From assembly GCA_002811645.1 (NCBI GenBank), contig PDIP01000020.1:62001-126000 (forward strand): 64,000 bases of DNA. The letters run 5' to 3'. Of this stretch, positions 1 through 8,777 are shown in pieces. Below the pieces are notes generated by a model. It was not told where the DNA came from. It made no database searches and saw nothing but the letters and a program-made list of their open reading frames with translations. The stretch comes from Corallochytrium limacisporum Hawaii (lineage: Eukaryota; Protista; Pluriformea). Numbering within the stretch: the first letter of the stretch is position 1; each line of letters starts with the position of its first letter. The position numbers and the translations under genes are program-made.

Positions 1-1
1 T

Positions 2-904
2 CAACCAGACGCGAAGCAACGCAAGGCCAGCGGCAGTGGTAAGGAAGCCTCGGCCGCTGCCAACGCGGCCGTGGCCGCAGCGGCTGCGGCGGCTGCCTCT
101 GCAGCCGCCGTTCCAGACAAAGGTCCCGCTCCAGGGCTGCCAACGGGCATCAGTGATTCCTCTGCGGTTGCGGCCGCTGCTTTGCAGACAGCAGCAGCAA
201 CCGCAGCAGCTCAGGCCGCAGCTGCCGCGGCTCCTCCCGGTGCCCGGGCCGCACCTGTGGTGCCTCGGCGCGACGGTGAGGTGCTGTTTACCACCGAAGA
301 CAATCCTGGTCCGGACGAGGATGATGCAGGAGTGGTGCGTGAAGTACTTCGTCTGCGCAAACGTGTGAACCCGAGCGTCTTCAACGGTGCCCCGCGCTCG
401 TTCTTTGGCCATCCAAGCGGCCTGCCTGACGTGGATGGCATTCCGTACCATATTGAAAGGCCAGAGTACATCATCCAGCGGGAACGTCCGAAGACCACGC
501 TCAAGAGCCTTAGCAACAGTGAGGACATTCTTGAAACGCTGGAGGGCCACAAGCTGGATGAGGCAGCATCGCAGGTCTTTGGGCAGATTACAGCGGAGGA
601 GAAGAGCTTCGAAGAGATCGTAAACGAGGCATCCAAAAGCTTGGCCAAGTGGAAGAGCGCGTTTGACCGTGTAAGTAGTCGGTCCGGGGTGGCCAGCTAC
701 ACGGAACTAGACGACCGGTTGCGCATGGCTCGGGATAAGCAAATGATTGTCATGACTCATCTGAAATCGGCGAACAACCAACTCAAGAAGATCGTTGACC
801 ACAAGCGCCGCGCGTTGCGCATTGTCAACTCCCAGCGCCCGACCCAGACCACATCTGCCAGCAATGGTGAAACACCCCGTTCCGTAAAGTCGCAAGGACA
901 ATGA
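2..904 (+). CDS. 5'-truncated hypothetical protein (Ala-rich linker, C-terminal predicted coiled coil)
   Basis: Frame is open from position 2 (CAA CCA GAC...) through the track ORF 71..904 to TGA. The GTG at 71 is probably internal. Composition is protein-like; no family recognised. Confidence 0.75.
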   Translation, partial: QPDAKQRKASGSGKEASAAANAAVAAAAAAAASAAAVPDKGPAPGLPTGISDSSAVAAAALQTAAATAAAQAAAAAAPPGARAAPVVPRRDGEVLFTTEDNPGPDEDDAGVVREVLRLRKRVNPSVFNGAPRSFFGHPSGLPDVDGIPYHIERPEYIIQRERPKTTLKSLSNSEDILETLEGHKLDEAASQVFGQITAEEKSFEEIVNEASKSLAKWKSAFDRVSSRSGVASYTELDDRLRMARDKQMIVMTHLKSANNQLKKIVDHKRRALRIVNSQRPTQTTSASNGETPRSVKSQGQ

Positions 905-1504
905 TTACAAGGTTAAAAGAGAAACTAAACAATAACTTAGCATATTGGCCTGTTGAATTATAGATGCCCCGGGAGAGGAAGAAAGGAGAGAAGAAACAAG
1001 GAGATCAAACTCAAGCTTCAACCTGCCCGTGATTACAAATCGACCGGTCGTTGCTGACATGGTTTGCCTTTCCCATCCTCCTTCCCGAGCGCTCTGTGGT
1101 TGCTACATGTTATATTCTGAGATATTGAGTTGGCCTGTAGAAAATTTTTTTGATAGTTTTGCAAATAGGATGACGGCCTCTGCATCATCTGTTGATCCTT
1201 ACCCGTGCCATGGCCCAGCGAATACAGTGGATGGGAGCTTTACGATCCAAACTAAACTGGAGAATCTGCAACTTCGGAGGTAACTTGTCCGAGTGCGTCA
1301 GAGACAAGCTCTAGAGACTGCGATGATAACATAGCTCCTGTTGGCTACTAGTGCTACAAAAGGTCTTACAAGTATGTACAAAAAGATGAGCTGTCTTCTC
1401 TTCACACCTCTTGAAACTTGCATCGTTCCCATCACATAAAGACCCAGTCAAAGAGCTCACAGAGCTAATGGCAGCATGTGGATATTGGTAAACAGAGCCT
1501 CCCT

Positions 1505-1711
1505 CTAGGACTCAGCATCGTCATCGTAGTTGGGGTCACCCTTGTCGAGGACAGCAGGGCCGGATTGATCGGTCGCGGCTCCCCAGTTGTGACCACCACG
1601 GCCTCCTTTCTTGGCTCCCTCGTTGATGGCGTGTCCAGTGCCGCTATGGCGAGGCATGTGAGACTCGTGGCCTTTAGGAGGATTGTGAGAGGTAGTTGGT
1701 CCCTTGGTCAT
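1505..1711 (-). CDS. 68-aa microprotein: stand-alone PDCD4/SERBP1-like ribosome-binding motif
   Basis: ATG in good context (gcaaccATG) to TAG. Contains RHSG...KKGGRGGHNWG...LDKGDPNYDDDAE, matching recalled PDCD4 KKGGAGGKGVWG...DVKDPNYDDDQE and SERBP1 DRHSG...KRGGSGSHNWG. Confidence 0.85.
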   Translation of the reverse strand: MTKGPTTSHNPPKGHESHMPRHSGTGHAINEGAKKGGRGGHNWGAATDQSGPAVLDKGDPNYDDDAES

Positions 1712-2096
1712 GGTTGCAAGTTGTAAACTGGCTGTTCGTAGGAAGAACTCTAACGTCCAGTCAAACGGATTCTGTTAGGATTGTTACCAAATAAGATTTG
1801 TGGTTTGTGCGGACATCAATTCGTCCATCCGCGCTTACAAATCCCCGCCACTAAAGTACCCGCAGGTACTGTGATTCACTGATCATATCCGTGGCCTCTG
1901 CAATACAGGAAGGAATAGCAACACATCGTTGCCTGCCCCATCTCTGTGTCCCAGTGTTTGTTGTGTATGTCTGTGTGCTATGGCTCGCTGACCACATCCC
2001 CCAAAAGCTGGAGCTGTTGGTGATGATGAAAGAGTGTGTCGTGTGTGAAGAGCTGTCAGTCGTGCGCTTCTCTGTGCGGGCAATTGCAGCCGCCCT

Positions 2097-3451
2097 GCCC
2101 CCCCCCCTCTCCCTCCCTCTCCCTCGGTCCTCTCCCGCTGACCGGCCCTTGCCCTTCCGCACCCACACAAAATCCCAAAGAAAAGGGAGAGTTGGACATA
2201 AACAGGGAGAGTGCAACAAAAAAAAAAGTGAAGGGAACAGAGCCCTACCTGCCCGAGAGGGAAGGGAGGAAGGGGGGGGAAGACTTTGCATCCTTAGCGC
2301 GGTTGGAGCCCCTCGGTCGGGGGTTTGTGTGTTTACCCTTTTTTTTTCTTAATATGTGTGAACGTGAGCGAGACAATCTTTGGGATTCTCTTCCATGTCT
2401 TGACCCCCCGGGGAGGGGAGAGGGGGGGTCCTTGCGCATTCTTAGAACGGATCGAAGGCCCCCCGGGGAGAGGGGGGAGAGTTCACTTTCTTTTTGTTGA
2501 CTGCGCGGACCCCCGGTGAATTTTGTATGACCATCCAATGTAACCCACCCCAGTGCATTCTTCCTGATATATTAACTTCGCACAGGTGTGTAAGCACGAT
2601 ACTACGCATCCAACATAATTCTTTTGTTGCCCCCATATTTTTCTAAACTTCCACCCCTCCCCCCCCGGGGGGAGGAGGCGAAAAGGCAGCAAAGAAATCG
2701 TTTTGCAACCGGGGCATGTGATCGATCTCAGCCAAAACACGAGCCCACGAAAAAGGAAAAAAAAAGAGACAAAGTTACCAAGTCAAACCTCGGCCACATC
2801 ATCGATCCCACCTCCCCGTGACTGACTGGCGGTTTTCCCGTCCTTCGTGGGTGCGTTGTGAGTCAGCGATGGATAGAACAGAAACAAAGAGAAAATGCCC
2901 CCCCCTCTCCGGGGAGGGGGGTGGTCGGTGAGCGTGTGGTTGTGAAGGTAGAGAATTGGGGGAAGAGGGGCCTGCAAATGAGGAGCATATGATAGTAAAT
3001 GGCCCGGGAGGGTGGGAGATGTTGAAGAAGAAGACAATAAGAGAAGACGAAAGAAAAACAAGTTAGGGGAATATTGAACCCCACGCACTCCTTTTTCGCC
3101 CGCTCGCTCGAAAGGGGGGGTTTTTTTTTCCGAAAAGCAAAAATTCTAAACTGCCGTGGACGGCTGGCGCCGCACTGGTAGTGGCTGAACGTAAAACCCG
3201 GGGGGGGGGGGGGCACAGTACAATTGCTCCCGGCTTCTGGTTCGGTGGTTACTTTGTTTCGTTGCCGAGTCCGGACAGGACAATCATCAGCGAACGGGTC
3301 CCCGCTTCCATTAAGCCCTCGGGAAGAGAGGGGGGACGCTGTTGTATCGGTGGTTTATATTAAGGATGTTAGGGTTCATTTTTCTGCCCGGGAAAAGCCT
3401 TGGCGGTGGTGGGATCCCGTGCGGTGTGCTTTGCCCCCCCCCCCCGGGGGG
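2097..3451. promoter_or_regulatory. Intergenic region rich in poly-C/poly-G tracts, upstream of the microprotein gene
   Basis: C6G4 (2404), C6G4 (2459), C8G6 (2659), C3G14 (3197) and C12G6 (3434), with interspersed poly-A/T runs. No credible ORF. Regulatory role is inferred from position only. Confidence 0.45.
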
Positions 3452-4033
3452 CGCCGCTCGCCTACTGAGCGCAGCTGGCGCCGAAAACTGACCGGAGGAT
3501 GGGCTGGTGGTGGTCAGAACTGAAAGGTGCACTGCCATTCATCATGACCGCTAAACTTTCAGACTCACAGGAGTGCACCATATCAGCAGTCAAGGTAGAA
3601 CTGATGACATTATTTCCCAACCACAAGGTTGAAACCCAATCCTTAATCTTGCGCAGTGCATAGACCATAGCTGATGAGGGTCTCCCGAGGCATGGTTATT
3701 GCTGATTGAAAACTATTTTCTATAGTTTTTCACGGCCAGGACTCACTCTGTGAGACTGGTTCGGAATTTTTTAAAAGACTCGGGCACGGATATCGTGATC
3801 CCGGGCACTCTCTGGCCTCCTACAACCCTTCTCAACTTTATCAGCTAGTTTACAATTTGTTTTCTTGTGCTCAATCTGTCGACCATTTCTGGAACGTTCT
3901 CTTGACTCAACGCTGTCCAAACTTTTTTACAACCGAACCTTACAATTACGGAGAAAGATAAGCTGAATATGTATTCCTGTATATGTTATAACGCATGTAC
4001 ACAGTAAGAAGCTAGTATAGGCTACATATGCTC

Positions 4034-4069
4034 GTGCTCTGGACGCTAGTGCTCTGGACGCTAGTGCTC
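4034..4069. repeat. 15-bp tandem duplication (GTGCTCTGGACGCTA x2.4) in the TPP1 3' region
   Basis: Directly visible: 4034-4048 equals 4049-4063, followed by GTGCTC. Confidence 0.9.
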
Positions 4070-4161
4070 CTGCTAATGACGGTAAACTGGATCAAATTCC
4101 TCCATAATTAGCAAGTCCAACAAATAAACAATACAACATATGGAACGGATTTCAACACTAC

Positions 4162-5910
4162 TTAGTTCGGACGAAAGATCTTCAGAGGATCGTTACCTTC
4201 CTGGGCCTGAATATGCCTCCAGCCACCGATGACATGTTGGCGCTTCTCAGCCTGTTTCTGGACGTACTCACGCATCTTGGGGAAGTTCGGAGTTCCCAGA
4301 CCAGTGATTGGATCCCAGCCCTTCATGGCCTTGAAACCAAGGCACACCCGGAAAATGTTGCGGCCCTCCTTGATATCGTGGAATGCCTTGGGATCTTCAT
4401 CGTACATCTTGTATAGCAGAGGGTTCACGAAACCTAGAGAAGCACCACCGTTATTGAAGCTCACGTCGTTCAGCAGAGAGATGATGCCAGCAATGGTAGG
4501 AGCAGCAGCAGACGTACCAGAGACTCCAACCAATTGGCCATTCATAACGATGACAAAATCAGTTGAGAAGGCAGAAATGTCTGGGTAGCCACGACCAGTG
4601 CTGTTCCAGTAGAAGGCCGGAGGAAGGTCCTGAGAGTTGTCGAGGAAGTACTTGACAGTCTTCTTCTGCCAGGCAGGTCGCTTGAACTGATTACTGAAGC
4701 CTCCACCTGAGCCGGTCCATCCCTTCGTCTTCCCATCAACACCGCCAACCGCAGTGACGTACGGAGAAGAAGCCGGGAAGTCCGGATCAAACTTCCAGTG
4801 GATAATTCCGCGGCAGCCGACCCCGCTGTCACCAGAGGCGTACAGGACGGTGCGTCCCATTGTACCGAATTTCATGAACTCCTTGTTCAGCCGGGCAGGG
4901 TTCTCCTGGAAATCGTAGGCCTCAGACTCACCGTAGCTCACGCTATGCACCCACGGGGAGTCGTCGGTGTCAACCTGCTTGCTAACCCACTGCAAGAACC
5001 CTTGTTGAGTGTAAACGTGCCAAGTGGTAATTCCCTGACCAATACCAGTGATGTACTGTACATCGAGATTGGCCTCCAGACCGGCACGGCCATCGTTGGA
5101 ACCAATGAGTTTGTCGATGGGGTGAGACTGAATGTGGAAGGTCTCCTGGAATTGGGCCAGATCGTCGGCGCTGAAGTGCTGACCGATGAATGATGCAATG
5201 GCCTGCGTGGTGGTGGAGTTGGAAGCCGAGTAGTCCACTCCGTAGGTATCGTAGATAACCTTGGGGGTGATGTTTCTCATCTTCGGGGGACCATCCTCGG
5301 TGTCCAGGCTCATGGAAGTGATCTGCACACCACGGGGGGACATGAGGTACATCAAACCTGAAATGTCGTCCAAATGCTCAGCCAAAGACTCAGGGACCCG
5401 GTATGCAAGAGTGCGGACTACAGTCTGATCTATCTCGGGGTGGGCAAAGTGATGGAATTCGCAGTCGAAGGCCTCCTTGGCCACATCCAAGGGGAAAGTG
5501 GCAGTGATCAAGTCCTCAGCTTGGGTCTTATGCTGCACTTCAATGTTGTGAGAGGCCAGGAAGCTCTCGACGGCTTCAATAGCCTCTCTCTTTGGGCGAA
5601 TAATGTCAGCAATCTGAGAAACCGTCAGGTAGTGCTGGTAGGCGTCGTTGTCAGGGTCTGAAACGCTCCAGAAAATGTCTTCCAGAACATCCATGTTCTG
5701 CTGCTTAACAGCGAAGGTTACGGTAAGCTCGTGGCCAAAGTCAGAAACGGGACCGACGTAGGACCAGTTATCGGGCAGCACAAGCATACGGTTCGCAAAT
5801 TCAAGTCCCTCGATGTCGTACTCCGGGCCACCCCAGGCAGTCATGGGCACCATGGCTGCGGAGATTGCGGAGGCTCCGAGGAGAGCAGTGAACGCCAGAT
5901 ACTTCATCAT
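4162..5910 (-). CDS. TPP1: Tripeptidyl-peptidase 1-like sedolisin (peptidase S53) with signal peptide and prodomain
   Basis: Start moved to ATG 5910 (MMKYLAFTALLGASAISA signal peptide). Catalytic EANLD, SGDSG and GTSAAAP motifs, Ca-binding GWDPITGLGTPNF, pro-kumamolisin-like VSDPDNDAYQHYLT. Confidence 0.93.
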   Translation of the reverse strand: MMKYLAFTALLGASAISAAMVPMTAWGGPEYDIEGLEFANRMLVLPDNWSYVGPVSDFGHELTVTFAVKQQNMDVLEDIFWSVSDPDNDAYQHYLTVSQIADIIRPKREAIEAVESFLASHNIEVQHKTQAEDLITATFPLDVAKEAFDCEFHHFAHPEIDQTVVRTLAYRVPESLAEHLDDISGLMYLMSPRGVQITSMSLDTEDGPPKMRNITPKVIYDTYGVDYSASNSTTTQAIASFIGQHFSADDLAQFQETFHIQSHPIDKLIGSNDGRAGLEANLDVQYITGIGQGITTWHVYTQQGFLQWVSKQVDTDDSPWVHSVSYGESEAYDFQENPARLNKEFMKFGTMGRTVLYASGDSGVGCRGIIHWKFDPDFPASSPYVTAVGGVDGKTKGWTGSGGGFSNQFKRPAWQKKTVKYFLDNSQDLPPAFYWNSTGRGYPDISAFSTDFVIVMNGQLVGVSGTSAAAPTIAGIISLLNDVSFNNGGASLGFVNPLLYKMYDEDPKAFHDIKEGRNIFRVCLGFKAMKGWDPITGLGTPNFPKMREYVQKQAEKRQHVIGGWRHIQAQEGNDPLKIFRPN

Positions 5911-7545
5911 TCCGTCAGCAAGAAGCAGTAAACAGCGCTCCCGACTACGTATCCGAATGTGAAGATCTCCACCCTGGAGCCTGTTCAAGGTGCACAAAAC
6001 AGTCCCCCACAAATAGCTTCTGATTACTATCTGCACCTGGCTGTGTCTCCATGTTGCAATCGTGAAGGAGGCGCACAACAACCGTCCAATCCCACAACAA
6101 GAGCCAAACCGGTTGGCCTGATCGCGGAAGCGCAATAGCCCCTATCGCCAGCATAAGGGGCGCGCTCTGGTATCAGCGCAGTACGCGGCAAGCGCCGTAC
6201 ACAGCACATGATTTCTCCTTACAGTTCCCCCCTCCCTCCCCCAACCTTCCCTGATCGTCAATTTTTAGTATTGGCTGATAGTCTGTGTGCACGACAAAAC
6301 CTTGGGGTTCCCGGCTGCAAAGAGTGGGGTATCAGTCCAAAAGAGCAAACACACAGAGGGGGGACCCCCCCCCTGGGGCGCACTCCTTAACGTCTGTGGC
6401 GCAGGAAATTATGAGGGATAGTTTTACTATCGCGATCGAAGTCCGGTGGACGTTGCCGCCCGATGTGTGTACCAGTTGCTCGCCATTGTGCGTGCCCGGT
6501 CTCCGTCGCGCTCCCTGACCGAGTCCTACCTCATTCGCCATTACGCCAAAGACTCGGTACATTTGATATGTCCAAGAGTTCCCGGTTGCGTTGGCACACC
6601 GTTCGCGAGCTCTGAGCAGAAAGGGGCCTTGACTTGGAAAACGGGGGCCGTATCATTAGGGACGACGAGCTTCGATCCAGGGAGACCAAGCCGGCTGCTT
6701 GCGCAGTTGGTAGTGGCTCCACTGCCAATTCGAGAAACGGCGCCGAAGCACAAAACGCACTCGGAGTGCAGGGAGCGGCCTCCACCGACGTCCGAACCGT
6801 GTCAGCACGGAGCAACGGCCAGCAGACCGCGTGCTTCGATCGCTTGGACCCCTGCGGTCCCTTTGACATAAGTGAGTACAGTTGCCCAGTTCAGTAGGAA
6901 ATGTACGAATGTTTTCTTTCTTCAACTGCATCGTTTGCCCGTCTCGTGTCTTCCTGTTCTCTTTGTTTCTCTTAAGTTTTACCCTGCCCTGGGCAACCAA
7001 TCTGTGACGACCGAAACCTGATGATAATCAAACGCAGACCATCGGTCATACCCAGTGATTTCAATTTCTCATAGTAAACAGACCGGGCGCTAGAAGTCTT
7101 CCTGCATTTCTACAGCCGTCTTCTCAGTTGGGTTCGCTTCTTGCCCTGATTATTGCCCCACCCTCCCCGGTGCACGCTCCCCCCGGTGGAGGGGGCTATT
7201 CATTTCGCAAGGATAATCATAGAGAAGTTCCTTGGCCGGAGTACGGCAGCAACTGAATGACGACGGGCGCTCGCCAACACTTCTTGCTAGCTTCTTGTGC
7301 CCGTCTCAAACGGTCCCAATCTGGTCAGCGCAGTCCATTTTCTGCAGAGATTGTGTGTAGGCACTAGACCCGTATACTGGGCAGTGTACGTAGGGACGCT
7401 ATGGTTGGAGTGCGCGAAGGAGGGCAGTCATAATCAGTGGCTGAGGAACTGTGATGATGGTTGATCATGCTCCGTTGGTATTGTTTTATAGACTATCGGT
7501 TTCTCTAAACACAGGAGAACTCATGACCCCTGCAACGTGGCACGA

Positions 7546-8746
7546 TCACCTCGCAAACTTTAAGAACCGGTAGCGGCCATTGGCTTGGGTGGGAGACAGA
7601 TTCTTCGAGGCATCGTCGGGCTCGATATCGGCGGGTCGTTCTCTACGAGCAACTTCTGATACGAACATAATCAAGGCCTCCAGCAGAATCTCAACTTCCT
7701 CATGATATGGTGAGACAGTGTTTGAGTAACACTCGCTTCTCATCACGTCTAGGAGCCTGTTTACGGTCTCGTTAAGGTTGGGGCATCCCCAGACAACGAT
7801 CTTGGACAGGACCCCTATCATCAAGCGTATAGTCTATAGATTGGCCTTTCGAGTAGTCGCCTGGGCGTGCTTTCCCTTTTGTGTACGAGGAGGCTTCGTT
7901 GCCTTTGTGCGCATGATAGAAGAGTACTGCGACCATATCGGAGATTCGATGTGCTCCCACATGCCTTCGTCGTTGAACCGGTTGATCAACATAACTACCA
8001 TAGCACTGCCCAATCGACAAATAGCTGCGTTGGCCACGCTGAAACGCACCATTAGCTCCAAAAGAGGCATAGCATGCTCAGCTTAGAGACGAATATGATC
8101 ACAAATAACTAAGATGAGATCAAAGCGGATTTTGGAAATGTCTTTGATGGCCACTTGTCTAACAAAAGGCTCGACAATCATGCCCACTACGACATTGGGA
8201 TCATCCTTGATAATTGTTGCGAAGTTCGAGACGATGAACCTTCCAACATTCTCATCTGAGAAGTTCTCAATCAAAGCAAAGGTCAGTGTCTTGCACAATT
8301 CATGTCGACGATCCGAGCTTGGAGGTAAACTTGCGAGCATGCTGAATAGTACCGCATAATTGACTTTTTTGTTGCCCCCAATTGACTTAAACTGCACAGC
8401 GGGTTCAATTCGCCCTACCCAGTCCGGACTCGGTTGCCAACCGATATAACTGAAACCTAACACTTTTAGTTGGGGTAACGATGTTCAAAATGGTTTCGCG
8501 CGGGTGTCTTCTTCGTTACACTGTCGGTTTGGCCTGGAAGAGCCCTCCTGCACAGGTTTCCCTCCAAAACAGATTCCATAGTGAAATGGTTAAGATTTCC
8601 AACGGGGCTATTGAAAGAGGAAGTGTTGCGATTGATGGTCCAGCTACAAGATCAGAAACGCAAGCAGCTGAAATGGGATGATACAGCACCATGGTGTGCT
8701 TGAAAGCATAAAAAGATATCATCTGTTCATGAAGATGTAGACGCAT
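7546..8746 (-). pseudogene. Stop-interrupted relic of an uncharacterised alpha-helical protein gene
   Basis: Track ORFs 8083..8463, 7834..8070 and 7546..7824 are all in one frame, separated by single in-frame stops (TAA 8083-8085, TAG 7834-7836), and read continuously as protein. The upstream piece 8516..8746 is in a different frame. Confidence 0.7.
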
Positions 8747-8777
8747 ATGGATAAAGTTGAAAGAAACTTAGACTTGC

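Noticed and set aside
3664-3697. CTGATGA-GGG-TCT-CCC resembling a hammerhead ribozyme core
   Set aside because: The conserved GAAA after stem II is GAGG here, and no third stem with an NUH cleavage site is evident.
3523-3700. Plus-strand frame TISAVKVELMTLFPNHKVETQSLILR, faintly ubiquitin-like
   Set aside because: Short, stop-bounded and too weak a resemblance to support without a search.
5911-6135. 75-aa N-terminal extension of TPP1 in the ORF track
   Set aside because: Starts at a non-ATG codon and would bury the signal peptide that begins at ATG 5910.
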